From Acidimicrobiia bacterium (lineage in GTDB: Bacteria; Actinomycetota; Acidimicrobiia; Spongiisociales; Spongiisociaceae), in the NCBI GenBank assembly GCA_041576165.1, contig JBFGLM010000010.1, positions 1-64,000 of the forward strand: 64,000 bases of DNA. Reading direction: 5' to 3'. Below, piece by piece: positions 39,756 through 49,514 of this stretch (positions are counted from its first letter, which is position 1; the number at the start of each line of letters is the position of its first letter). Made by a program: the position numbers and the translations under genes. The notes under the pieces are model-generated. The model saw only the letters and a list, made by a program, of their open reading frames with translations. It was not told the DNA's origin and made no database searches.

Positions 39756-40852
39756 GAATCGGCGCGGTACTGGTCCAGTTTCTCCTCGTCGATCTCAACC
39801 CCTACGCCGGGTGTGTCGGCCGGATGCAGGTGCCCGTCGACAGGAAGGAACGGCTCAGTCACGATGTCATCGGTGATGTAGTGAGGCGAGATGCCGCTGC
39901 CGAACACCAGGTTCGGCACGGCCTTCGCGACATGGGCTGCGTGGGCGGCCCCGATACTGGTCTGCCCGGCCATTCCTGCCAGGTGCACGCCAATCCCGGC
40001 CGCGTCAGCCACGGAGAACAGATCCAGCAATCCCAGCGGTCCGGCCGCTTTCATCATCTTGGCCACGACGGCTCCGCAAGCCTTGGCTTGCAGGTGAGTC
40101 TGCAGGTCGTGGGCGTCGAAGATGCCCTCGTCGCCCGCCACCAGCACCGGGCTCCTGGCTGTCAGCTCGGCCATGCCCATGAGATTCCAGCGAGGAAGCG
40201 GTTGCTCCACGAAGCCTGGTCGGGCGTCTGCGACAGCATGCAGATATCGCAACGCGGTGCCGACATCCCAGCCCTGATTGGCGTCGGGCAGCAGCATGAC
40301 CTCGGGGCCGATCGCATCGCGGGTCAGCCGTGTGGCCTCGATGTTGTGTTCGACCTCGCCGCCTACCTTGACCTTGATCAGCGGGAATCCGTTGGCGACT
40401 GCCTTGGCCGCCTCCTCGGCGATGGCTTGGGGACTGCCGCCGGACACGTGCCAGATGGTGGGCACGGAGTCGCGAGCAGAACCACCGAACCACAGGTACA
40501 AGGGTACGCCGGCCGCCTTGGCGACAACATCGTGCAGCGCCATCTCGACCGCCGCCTTGGCACCGTGATTGAATACTGCCACCCGGCTCATCAAATGGCG
40601 GATCTCGCGCAGCCGCGAAGGGTCCATCCCCACCAGAGCGTCGGTGATCGATCTGATGAAATCGGCGGCAGAGGCGTGACTCTCACCTGAGAAGTAGCGA
40701 GCGAGCACGCTCTCTCCCACCCCGACGACCCCATCATCGGTGGTGATCCGCACCACCAGGCAGGTGCGAACGTGGACCGTGGCGACGGCCATCTTGAGCG
40801 GCCGGTGCAGGGGGATCGAGATGGGAATGGCCTCGAGCTGGGCTATCTGCAT
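39752..40852 (-). CDS. Enolase-superfamily enzyme, muconate cycloisomerase subgroup
   Basis: KVK, DANQGW, EQP, DE, distal K in AKMMK; ATG at 40852. Confidence 0.88.
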   Translation of the reverse strand: MQIAQLEAIPISIPLHRPLKMAVATVHVRTCLVVRITTDDGVVGVGESVLARYFSGESHASAADFIRSITDALVGMDPSRLREIRHLMSRVAVFNHGAKAAVEMALHDVVAKAAGVPLYLWFGGSARDSVPTIWHVSGGSPQAIAEEAAKAVANGFPLIKVKVGGEVEHNIEATRLTRDAIGPEVMLLPDANQGWDVGTALRYLHAVADARPGFVEQPLPRWNLMGMAELTARSPVLVAGDEGIFDAHDLQTHLQAKACGAVVAKMMKAAGPLGLLDLFSVADAAGIGVHLAGMAGQTSIGAAHAAHVAKAVPNLVFGSGISPHYITDDIVTEPFLPVDGHLHPADTPGVGVEIDEEKLDQYRADS

Positions 40853-40888
40853 GGGGGGCTCCTGGGGCGGCGGCTCGACTGATCTCGT

Positions 40889-40907
40889 ATCATGCATCAT
40901 ATAGAAC
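40889..40907. promoter_or_regulatory. Shared operator site 3 (ATCA-TGCATCATATA-GAAC)
   Basis: Divergent promoter region; core identical to site 1. Confidence 0.65.
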
Positions 40908-40954
40908 GATCGAAGGGACGGCCCGGCCGCGCGGCCCGGGCGGCGGAGGGAACG

Positions 40955-42331
40955 ATGGAAATCGCAGAACGTTATGCGGAGTACGCCTCGACGCTGCAGT
41001 ACGACGACCTCCCGGATGCGGTGGTCGACCACGCCAAGAAGCTGATCCTCGACATTGTGGCGAACGACCTCGGGGGTCATGCGTGGATGGAATCCGGTCC
41101 GAAAGTAGTGAAGGGAGTTCGGGCGCTGAACCGGGCCGGGACAGGCGCCACGGTACTGGCCACCGGCGAGCAGATGGCGCCGGAGTGGGCGACGCTCGTC
41201 AACGGGACGTTGGCCCATAGCCTCGACTACGACAATCACCATGCCAAAGGAGTCATCCACGCCGGCAGCTCGGTCGTGAACGCCGCCCTGGCAGCTGGGG
41301 AGGAGAACGGGTCAACGGGTAAGGAGTTCCTGACTGCGGTCGTGATCGGCTATGAGATCGCCACCAGGCTGGCGATGGCGCTGGGCCCTCACAGCTCCCA
41401 CGAGATGGGATTCCATCCGACCGCGACGTGTGCCACGTTCGCCGCATCGGCGCTGATCGGGCGGCTGCGAGGACAGTCCGCCGACGAGATCGTCAATGCC
41501 ATGGGACTCAACGGATCTCAAGCGGCCGGCTCCATGCAATACGTGAAGAACGGGGCCTGGAACAAAAGGGCCCACCCGGGCTGGGCGACCCATTCCGCGT
41601 TCGTGGCGTCCACCCTGGCAGCACACGGGTTCATCGGCGCGGCCGAGGTGTTCGAAGGCGACCAGGGCTTCTTGCAGGGGTACGCGCTGCGCCCCCGGCC
41701 CGCCGAAGCCACTCGAACGCTCGGCGAAAGCCACGAGACGCTCGAGATCGCGATCAAGCCCTTTTCGCTGTGCCGTTACACGCACCAGGCGCTGGACTTG
41801 TTGATCACCCTGACCATCGAGCGGGAGATCGACCCCGACGATGTCAACTCCATCGTGATCGACATGCCCGCCTACGGGGTTCAGCTGTGCGGATCGCCGA
41901 TCGAAGCGAAACGCCAACCCACGTCCCCGGTTGATGCCCAGTTCAGCGGTCCGTTTGCGGCTGCGCTGGCGTTGACCGAGCGCAAGGCGGGGATGGACGT
42001 ATTCGTGGACGTCCTGCAGAACAAGATGGACGACCGGTTCCGGCGGCTGATGAACATCACCGATGTGCGACAGGCGGACGACCTCGACTCCATCCATCCG
42101 GAGTTCTGGCCCGGGCGGGTCACGATCGATGTCGGGGGCGAGATCATCGAGCGGTACAGCAAGCATATGAAGGGCGAGAAGGAGCGGCCGATGTCTTTTG
42201 AGGATGTGGAGGCCAAGCTGGTCGAACTGAGCCCCAATCACACGGATGCGCAGCGCAAGGCGGTCGCCGAAGCGGTCAGGAACATCGAGGACGTGGTTGT
42301 GGACGAGCTCGTAGCGCCGCTGCGGGCGTAG
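40955..42331 (+). CDS. MmgE/PrpD family protein
   Basis: NGTLAHSLDYD, HAGS, GFHPT, KPFSLCRYTH, AQFS. Confidence 0.9.
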   Translation: MEIAERYAEYASTLQYDDLPDAVVDHAKKLILDIVANDLGGHAWMESGPKVVKGVRALNRAGTGATVLATGEQMAPEWATLVNGTLAHSLDYDNHHAKGVIHAGSSVVNAALAAGEENGSTGKEFLTAVVIGYEIATRLAMALGPHSSHEMGFHPTATCATFAASALIGRLRGQSADEIVNAMGLNGSQAAGSMQYVKNGAWNKRAHPGWATHSAFVASTLAAHGFIGAAEVFEGDQGFLQGYALRPRPAEATRTLGESHETLEIAIKPFSLCRYTHQALDLLITLTIEREIDPDDVNSIVIDMPAYGVQLCGSPIEAKRQPTSPVDAQFSGPFAAALALTERKAGMDVFVDVLQNKMDDRFRRLMNITDVRQADDLDSIHPEFWPGRVTIDVGGEIIERYSKHMKGEKERPMSFEDVEAKLVELSPNHTDAQRKAVAEAVRNIEDVVVDELVAPLRA

Positions 42332-42334
42332 GCG

Positions 42335-43363
42335 ATGGTTGTCGACGTATATCAGGACGAGCTCACCGGTCCCGGCACGTGGGTTGGGCTTGAACTGCAG
42401 AACCAGGACACCTGGATCCACCGCATCGGCGGTGAAGAGGTGGCCGAGGTGGAGGAAGCTCTGCGTGGTTTGCAGCAGCAGGGCCGGTCAATCCCGTTCG
42501 ATGCGACCGATTTTCCGCTGCCGGCATTTTCCGAGTTCCTGCACACGATCCCGGCTGTGCTGGAGGAGGGTCCAGGCTTCATGCTGGTTCGCGGGCTGCC
42601 GCGGGATCGGTTCACGGCCGAGGAGTGCGAGCTGATCTACTGGGGAATCGGGGTGCAGTTCGGCACTCCGATCAGCCAGAACACCCGGGGCCATCTGCTG
42701 GGCCACGTGCGCGACGAAGGCAAGTCGTTCGACGACCCGACTGCTCGTGGGTATCAAACGGCGCAGAAGATGGACTTCCACGCCGACCAGCTGCCGGTGG
42801 ACATCCTGGGCCTGTTCTGTGTCCGGGCGGCGAAGTCGGGCGGCGCGTCCACGCTGGTGTCGGCGCTGACCGTGCACAACGTGGTCCGGGCCGAGCGGCC
42901 GGACCTGCTCGAAGTCCTCTATCAGCCCTTCTATCTGGACTGGCGCGGGGAGGAGCCTGCCGGGGAGGACCCGTGGTACCGCTCGCCCATGTTCAGCTAC
43001 CACGACGGCCGGATCACGTCACGGTTCACCAGCCGCCAGTACTTCAACTCGGTAACCCGCTATGACGAGGCGTTCGCGTTGACCGACATCCAGCGAGAGG
43101 CCCTTGACTACGTGCAGGAGGTGGCCAACCGCCCGGAGCTGCGCCTCAACATGATGCTGCAGGAAGGCGACATGCAGTTTCTCAACAACCACGTCATCCT
43201 GCATGCCCGGGAGGCGTTCGAGGATTACGACGATCCCGATTTGAAACGGCACCTGCTGCGGATGTGGATCGCCTATCCGCCGGAGCGGCGCCGGACGCTG
43301 TCACCGTTGCTGGCCGACCGCTACCGCATCGTCGAGATGGGAGGGATCCCCGCCCGGGGGTGA
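42335..43363 (+). CDS. TauD/TfdA family Fe(II)/2-oxoglutarate dioxygenase
   Basis: FHAD (HxD), NNHVILHAR, RHLLRMW. Confidence 0.88.
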   Translation: MVVDVYQDELTGPGTWVGLELQNQDTWIHRIGGEEVAEVEEALRGLQQQGRSIPFDATDFPLPAFSEFLHTIPAVLEEGPGFMLVRGLPRDRFTAEECELIYWGIGVQFGTPISQNTRGHLLGHVRDEGKSFDDPTARGYQTAQKMDFHADQLPVDILGLFCVRAAKSGGASTLVSALTVHNVVRAERPDLLEVLYQPFYLDWRGEEPAGEDPWYRSPMFSYHDGRITSRFTSRQYFNSVTRYDEAFALTDIQREALDYVQEVANRPELRLNMMLQEGDMQFLNNHVILHAREAFEDYDDPDLKRHLLRMWIAYPPERRRTLSPLLADRYRIVEMGGIPARG

Positions 43364-43366
43364 CCC

Positions 43367-45121
43367 CTACTCGGGGAGGCCCGCTTTGCGTAGGCCGTCG
43401 ATGAAGTGGTCGCGGTCTCGGTCGTGGATGTACCCGAGGCGCGTCCTGAACCTGGCGCAACTGAACTCGGGGCGCGCCGCGAGCACGGCTTCGACGTGCT
43501 GTCGCCGCTCGGCGCTCTCTCCTAGTTGTCCGTGAGTGGCGGCGAGCAGGATGTGGGCAATCAGATAGTTCGGTAGCAACCGCAGTGATTGCTCGCCCCA
43601 GGTGCGTGCAGCCTCGTAGTTATCCGTCATGTAGTGGGCGTGCCCCAGATCGTTGGCGATGTCGAAACGGATCGGCTCGTGACTGCCCAGCTGCCACGCC
43701 TTGGTGAACTCGCCAACGGCATCGTGTGGCTTACCCGAAACGTCGAGACTGTGGCCAAGCAGGTGGTACCCCATGGCGGCCAGCGGGTTCAGCTCGATCA
43801 TGCGGCGGGCGAATGCGATGCCATCCTCCGGCCGGCCGGTCTGGCTGCGAGCCATCGAGATGGCGGTGAGCACCATGTGATCGTCTCCGTCGAGGACGTA
43901 GGCGGCTTCGGCATCTGCGTATCCGCGTTCCCAGGCGTTGACGCCTTCCCGTCGCCACCCGAGTGCCGCAAGGATCATCCAAGCGATGGCCGACGAAGCG
44001 ACCGGTGGAGCGAATTGCGGCTCGAGTCTTCTGGCCTGGTCGAACAGCTCAATTGCCTGGTGGGCGCCGTCTATGGAGTTGGTGTTGAGGTGATACCGGC
44101 CGCGAATCGTGAGGTCCCACGCGTCGAAGGACGCAATTCCCGCCGCAGTGTGGCGTTTGCCGGCCGTTTCCCGGAGGAAGGGCCGCAGCTTCGATGCGAT
44201 CGCCGCAACCATCTCGTCCTGGAGCGCGAAAATGTCATCGAGCTTCCCGTCGTAGCGGTCCGCCCAAAGGTGGTGGCCGGTCTCGGCATCGATGAGCTGC
44301 GCCGTCACTCTCACTCGATCTCCCCCCTTGCGCACGCTGCCCTCGACGACGTGGGTGGCATCGAGCTCGCGGGCGACGGTTCTGACGTCGGTGGGAGTGC
44401 CTCTGTACGCGAACGTGGAGTTGCGGGCGACGACCGCGAGGTCGCGGTCGTAGGACAGCGCAGTCAGCAGGTCTTCGGTGATGCCATCGGCGAAGTACTC
44501 CTGGTCTGGATCATCGCTCATATTGTCGAACGGCAGCACCGCCACGGTGGCCAAGGTTCGGGCCGTCGTGACTCTTGGCGTCGGGGTGTGATGATGTGGC
44601 CCGCCGGCGACTTTCCATACCCGCACCGGGCGGGGGATGTTCTTCAAGGCGTGTTCGCCATCGTCGTGGAAAGCCACGTGGATCTTGTCTCTGACGGCCT
44701 CGTAGACAGCGTTGGTGATGGAGATGCCGCCCGGATCGGCGAGGGCTTCGATGCGGGCAGCGATGTTGACCCCGTCCCCGTACACGTCGCCACTGTCATC
44801 GGCCACTACTTCGCTGACGTTGATTCCGACCCGGAACTGCATGCGCCGCGACTCGGGTAGGGCATCGTTGCGGCCCCCCATGATGTCCTGGATCTCTAGA
44901 GCAGCGCGCAACGCGGCAGTCGCGGACGGGAACTCGACGAGGACCCCGTCGCCGGTGGACTTCACTATCCGGCCGCCGTGATTCAGCACCAGCGGATCGA
45001 TGGCTGCCCGATGGGCGTGCAGCGCCGACAGTGTTCCGTCCTCATCTGCGGCCATCATCCGTGAGAAACCGACGACGTCGGCCACCGCGATTGCGGCCAG
45101 TCGCCGAGTCCCGATCTCCAT
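43367..45121 (-). CDS. Class III adenylate cyclase + TolB-N-like + TPR protein
   Basis: ADVVGFS, KSTGDG, DVYGDGVNIAARIE; AVLPFDNMS...YFADGITED; TPR tail. Confidence 0.9.
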   Translation of the reverse strand: MEIGTRRLAAIAVADVVGFSRMMAADEDGTLSALHAHRAAIDPLVLNHGGRIVKSTGDGVLVEFPSATAALRAALEIQDIMGGRNDALPESRRMQFRVGINVSEVVADDSGDVYGDGVNIAARIEALADPGGISITNAVYEAVRDKIHVAFHDDGEHALKNIPRPVRVWKVAGGPHHHTPTPRVTTARTLATVAVLPFDNMSDDPDQEYFADGITEDLLTALSYDRDLAVVARNSTFAYRGTPTDVRTVARELDATHVVEGSVRKGGDRVRVTAQLIDAETGHHLWADRYDGKLDDIFALQDEMVAAIASKLRPFLRETAGKRHTAAGIASFDAWDLTIRGRYHLNTNSIDGAHQAIELFDQARRLEPQFAPPVASSAIAWMILAALGWRREGVNAWERGYADAEAAYVLDGDDHMVLTAISMARSQTGRPEDGIAFARRMIELNPLAAMGYHLLGHSLDVSGKPHDAVGEFTKAWQLGSHEPIRFDIANDLGHAHYMTDNYEAARTWGEQSLRLLPNYLIAHILLAATHGQLGESAERRQHVEAVLAARPEFSCARFRTRLGYIHDRDRDHFIDGLRKAGLPE

Positions 45122-45238
45122 CCCTCGAACGGTACCCCATGAGCGGGGGCCGGGATTCGGCATAGTGTTCGACCTCCGTTACTCGGGGCCGAAGAGATAG
45201 GCGAGTTCGCTCGGGCGGATTGCCCACCGACGTGTGGG

Positions 45239-45299
45239 CCTCCTCTCCCGCGGGGGTGGGTGAGGCGACCAGAGGGAGCCGAGGTCAGAAGGGGAGCGC
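45239..45299 (+). repeat. Conserved structured element upstream of DUF222-HNH copy 1
   Basis: Homologous to 62803-62865; core GGGTGAGGCGACC-N3-GGGAGCCGA. Confidence 0.7.
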
Positions 45300-45378
45300 T
45301 GCCCGACGACTGAAGCTCGGGTCGTCCCCCGAGCCCACTCGAGATTTCTTCTCGGATCGGGGGCCAGGGGTCTAGTAA

Positions 45379-45415
45379 TGTCCCATCCACCTGATACAGT
45401 CGAACATATGTTCGA
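45379..45415 (+). promoter_or_regulatory. DNA-damage promoter: TGTC-N12-TACAGT plus LexA box TCGAACATATGTTCGA
   Basis: Perfect actinobacterial SOS box at 45400-45415; spacing matches the RecA-NDp/PafBC motif. Confidence 0.82.
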
Positions 45416-46556
45416 TACAGTGGAACGGACAACCCACACCTCCCACACAGCCGAACGCACGGTCGATTCGCTCGAACACGAACTTGTCGCCCTCGAAGGC
45501 CTCATCGGGCAAGCGAGAGCCCGCCAAACCGTGCTGGTGGCCGCCCTGGACCAAGCGCAGGTGGCCACCGCGGATGGCTGCCGCAGCCTGCACGAATGGG
45601 TCACTGGCCGCCTCGACGTGTCAGCTGGCACTGCCAAAGACATGATCGCCATCTGCCACACCGCCCCCGGGCTGGTCACCGACGCACTCGCCGGGGGGAC
45701 GATGTCGTTTGATCGAGCGGTGGCGACCACCCGGCTGGCAGCCGAAGACGTGAACGACGCCGTGTTAGACGCATCCCAAGGGTGGGACATCGCCGGGGTG
45801 CGCCGCCTCGCCGCCAAACACCGCCGCCTCACCCCCACCGACGAACACAACCTGCACCAACAGCGGTCGCTGTCGATCCAACCGTCCCTCGACCACCACA
45901 CCGCCACCCTGTGGGCCACCCTCACCGGCCCCGACGCCACCACCGTCCTAGACGGACTGTTGGCCGTGGCCGACCACCTGCCGCGCCTCCCCGACGGCAC
46001 CCGCGACTCCCTGTCCCGCCGCCAAGCCGACGCCCTCGTCGCCCTGTGCGCCCACGCCCTCGCAGGTCATGACGACCAGACCGACAGCGGGGTGGCCGCC
46101 GACCGGGGACCGGCCCTGCTGGTCACCACCGACCTCGACGACTTCCTGACCAGCACCGGCCAGGTCGGCGCCGAAGTGGTCGGCGGCCTCCGGGTCGGCC
46201 TCCAACACCTCGAGGAGATCTTCTGTAACGGCACCATCAACCTCAACCTGCGGCTCACAGACGGCCGCATCCTCGCCATCGACGGGCACCAACCCATCCC
46301 GCCCCGGACCCGCCAACAAGTCCTGGCCCGGGACGGCGCCTGCACCGCCGCGGGCTGCCGATCCCGTCACCGCCTCCAGGTACATCACATTATCCCCCGC
46401 AGCCAGGGCGGCACCCACCATCTGTCAAACCTCACCACCCTCTGCTGGTACCACCATCATGTGGTGGTCCACGGCAGGGGCTATTCGATCGACCCCAATT
46501 CGCCAGCCCACCGCCGCCGCTTCCTCCGCCCCAACACCGGCACCGACCCACCCTGA
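45408..46556 (+). CDS. DUF222 (REP13E12-like) HNH endonuclease, copy 1
   Basis: DGCRSLHEWV, RRQADALV, RDGACTAAGC...HHIIP...GG...NLTTLCWYHH, terminal DPP; probable leaderless ATG at 45408. Confidence 0.9.
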   Translation: MFDTVERTTHTSHTAERTVDSLEHELVALEGLIGQARARQTVLVAALDQAQVATADGCRSLHEWVTGRLDVSAGTAKDMIAICHTAPGLVTDALAGGTMSFDRAVATTRLAAEDVNDAVLDASQGWDIAGVRRLAAKHRRLTPTDEHNLHQQRSLSIQPSLDHHTATLWATLTGPDATTVLDGLLAVADHLPRLPDGTRDSLSRRQADALVALCAHALAGHDDQTDSGVAADRGPALLVTTDLDDFLTSTGQVGAEVVGGLRVGLQHLEEIFCNGTINLNLRLTDGRILAIDGHQPIPPRTRQQVLARDGACTAAGCRSRHRLQVHHIIPRSQGGTHHLSNLTTLCWYHHHVVVHGRGYSIDPNSPAHRRRFLRPNTGTDPP

Positions 46557-46677
46557 CCGCCAGCCGCAACCCAACCCGGACCGGCCAACCCGAACCAACC
46601 CATCCAAACCCCCAACCCGCCCCGAGCGGGACCTCGGCGCGTCTTGGTGCGTGTTCCACGTATCGATGGCACGGCCC

Positions 46678-47109
46678 TCACCCGTAGGCGGCTGCGCAAT
46701 CGATATCGTGCAGGAAGCGCTCGCACTCCGTCACCGTGAAGTTCCGAGATGCCCGGCTCCGCGCAAACTCGGCCAACGCCGGGGGATCGAGCAGAAGGCG
46801 CCGTAGCACTCCGTCCTCATCCGGGTAATACAGAATGCCACCCGTGGGAGACATCGCGGTGAACGCATAGGAGCGAGCGTTGGTCGGGAGGGCAAACCAC
46901 TCATCGCCCGAAGCGAGGTTCCATACACGGATCGTGTCTTCGTTGTGAGTGGTTACGGCAAGGCCGCCGCTGGCCAGAGCCGTACGTGTTGGGCCCCCAT
47001 CCACCCGCGGGCTCGCAACGACCGCTGAGGTCGGAGGCTCTCCTGCAAGAACGCGCTCAACACTGACGACGAACCCCTGGCTATCAGGACCGCCCAGCGA
47101 GACAAACTC
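46678..47109 (-). pseudogene. 3' remnant of a WD40-repeat protein
   Basis: DTIRVWNL, LAEFARSRASRNFTVTECERFLH; frame closes at a TGA at 47110-47112 with no proper start. Confidence 0.6.
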
Positions 47110-47515
47110 TCACGAAGTTCTCGATTGGAGGTGGGTGGCACGGGATTGCTTCCAGACTCCGCAAGCGGCAGCTTCGGAGATTACGTGCACCTATCTCTCG
47201 GAGAACGCATGGTCGCGGGCCTTGGGCGAGGGGTTCGTCTCCGGCCAGATCCGCTTCGCAGTCACTGACGGCATGATCTCTGAGATGTACCACGACTACA
47301 ACGTCGCAGAGTGGGATCAGCGCATCGTCGACCCGTTCAGGGCGTGGCTCCAGACAAATCGCCCTGAACTCGATGATGAGCTCTGGACCTCAGAGGGATT
47401 CTTGCGGCCTGGAGATGCTGATAGCGGTTTGGAGGAACGGGTCGTGCCGCAGCTTACGGATGAGGCTCTGGAGCTGTTCGAAGCACTCACCGCGGAGTTC
47501 GCCGCCGCCAGGTGA
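47110..47515 (+). pseudogene. 3' remnant of a hypothetical protein
   Basis: Protein-like composition only from about 47110; the upstream frame overlaps the opposite-strand remnant; no RBS or start. Confidence 0.45.
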
Positions 47516-47688
47516 GAGTTTCGTGCAAACGCCGCGGGACCTGGTCCGGGCTGGAGCCGACGCTGGCTCGAGCCCGGACCGACTCGCGGGCAAACGCTCG
47601 CCAGGGGGATTGTTGCCATCGCTCCTCGCCAAAGCTCAACGCCCGGCGCAGGCAACTTCTGATCCGACACCCTCACACCTGTTAGGTG

Positions 47689-47957
47689 CGAGCCCGAATC
47701 TCCGCCAGATCCACCACCGTCCCCGTGGCTGCGCTCTCAACGATGCCCTCCAGGATCGCCACCACCTCGAGTGCCTCGGGTCCGCTTGTCTCGGGCGCCC
47801 TGCCGTTGCGCACGTTGACGGCGAACTCCTCCAGTTCGTCCCGGACGGTGTCGAGCGTCTCGACCGGCTGTTCGGTTCGGTCCTTCTCGCCGACCCGTTG
47901 GATGTAGAAGTTCTCACCGTCAACCTCGTTCCAGGCGGCCGCTTCGGTTCCCCACAC
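47689..47957 (-). repeat. 269-bp copy of the 3' end of the Gfo/Idh/MocA gene (49522-49790)
   Basis: Manual alignment gives 6 mismatches in 269 bp, direct orientation, offset 1833 bp. Confidence 0.92.
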
Positions 47958-48199
47958 CTCGAATCGCGGACACGCCCGGATACCGGCCGTCGCAGAATCC
48001 GTGTCCGCCGCGGCCGGCGCCCGCGACTTCGGACCGAGGTGATCACCTGGCGTAGCGCGCGCTGCCGCGTGCAAGTGGGCCAAACGGCTCTAACCCGGAT
48101 TCCCGAAGATCGGTACAACCAAAGATGCAGCGCGCGCTTCCGGCTCGGCTACTGAGCCTTTCTCGTGCGGACGGGTGATGGCGACAAGGAGAGTGGCGG

Positions 48200-49339
48200 A
48201 TGAAGCGGATCGACTCAACTCGCAGCCGGAGGTTCTCCGCAAGCGTCGCGGTGGGCACGGTGCTCGCGCTGCTCCTCGCAGGCGTTGCCTTCGCAGCCGA
48301 GGAGCTCGGCGGGAAACTGCGGACTGGCAACTCCGTGACCGTCGGAGCCGATGAGACCGTAGCCGACAACCTCTACGCATTCGCAGGTACGGTCAGCGTC
48401 GACGGGACGGTCGACGGAGACGTCGTGGCGGCCGGCGGCAACGTCTCCATCGACGGGATCGTCACCGGCGACGTGCTCGCCAGCGGCGGCCAGATCCAGA
48501 TCTCGGGGGAGGTCATGGGTGACGCCCGGTTGTCGGGTGGCCAGGTTTCCGTCACAGGAGATGTGGGCGGGGATGTTGCAGTGGTGGGTGGGGACATCGA
48601 GCTCGCGGGCGCCGTCGGCGCAGACGTTTTGTTTGGAGCGGGACAAGTGCGGCTTACGGGCGAAGTGGCCGGAAACGTGTTCGGCTCGAGTGGTAGCTAC
48701 GAGCGCAGCGGCACGATTGGCGGCACCGAAGACGTCGCCGTTCCGCAGCCGGAACCGACCACGTTCAGCGATCAGGTGATCAGCGTGGTGCAGCGTTTCG
48801 TTGCGTTGTTCCTCGTCGGCCTCGTGGCCGTGTTCGCACTGCGCCGACCGTTGGAGGCGGTGCTCACCCGGGCACGGACCCGGCCGGGCGCGAGCCTGCT
48901 CTACGGCCTGATCTTCACTGCCTTGCTGATGGCGCTGCTGGTGCTCCTGATCCTTGCCGGGATAGTGGTGTCGGTCGTCTTTGGTTTGCTGGGCCTGGGG
49001 TTGCTCGTCGGCACGTTCTGGTTCACATTCGTTGTGTTCTGGATTCTCACCGGGTTCACGGTGTTCGTGCTGGCGGTATATGGGGCTCCCATCGTCGCAG
49101 CGCTGACCGGGGCTCGGCTGCTTCTCCGCAACCAGGAGACGGCCTGGATGCGGATCCTGGCACTGGCCCTTGGTCTGATCGCATTAGTGATCGTCACCGC
49201 CATCCCGGTGGTCGGGTGGGTGGTGGGCCTGCTCGCGTTCCTCTACGCAGCCGGTGCGGCTGTGCTCGCAGTACGCAACTTCGGGGCAGGCGACCGACCC
49301 GAGGTGACGGTCGGCAAAGGCGAGCTCCCGCAGCCATGA
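48200..49339 (+). CDS. Bactofilin/polymer-forming-like beta-helix membrane protein
   Basis: Signal peptide; repeats of GxVxGDVxxxGGxVxI; C-terminal multi-TM domain. Confidence 0.78.
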   Translation: MKRIDSTRSRRFSASVAVGTVLALLLAGVAFAAEELGGKLRTGNSVTVGADETVADNLYAFAGTVSVDGTVDGDVVAAGGNVSIDGIVTGDVLASGGQIQISGEVMGDARLSGGQVSVTGDVGGDVAVVGGDIELAGAVGADVLFGAGQVRLTGEVAGNVFGSSGSYERSGTIGGTEDVAVPQPEPTTFSDQVISVVQRFVALFLVGLVAVFALRRPLEAVLTRARTRPGASLLYGLIFTALLMALLVLLILAGIVVSVVFGLLGLGLLVGTFWFTFVVFWILTGFTVFVLAVYGAPIVAALTGARLLLRNQETAWMRILALALGLIALVIVTAIPVVGWVVGLLAFLYAAGAAVLAVRNFGAGDRPEVTVGKGELPQP

Positions 49340-49514
49340 GCTGCGGGCTCGCTTCAGCGGAGGTATCGCCATACCGCCACCGGCGATGGTGGGTTTGAGC
49401 TAGCGGGCAGGCTTGGAGCCACGGTCCTCGGTGTGCAATGCGACTGTTCGCCGCCTGGACATGGCCGGCGAGCGCAGCCTCAGCCCTGCGAGCTGAGCGC
49501 CTCCGGCGCCATCG

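Noticed and set aside
45408-46556. IscB/Cas9-like RNA-guided nuclease or group II intron protein
   Set aside because: No RuvC, PLMP or reverse-transcriptase motifs; it fits DUF222-HNH.
48380-48720. Periodic sequence as a possible CRISPR or tandem repeat
   Set aside because: Protein-level beta-helix repeats; not identical at DNA level and no cas genes.
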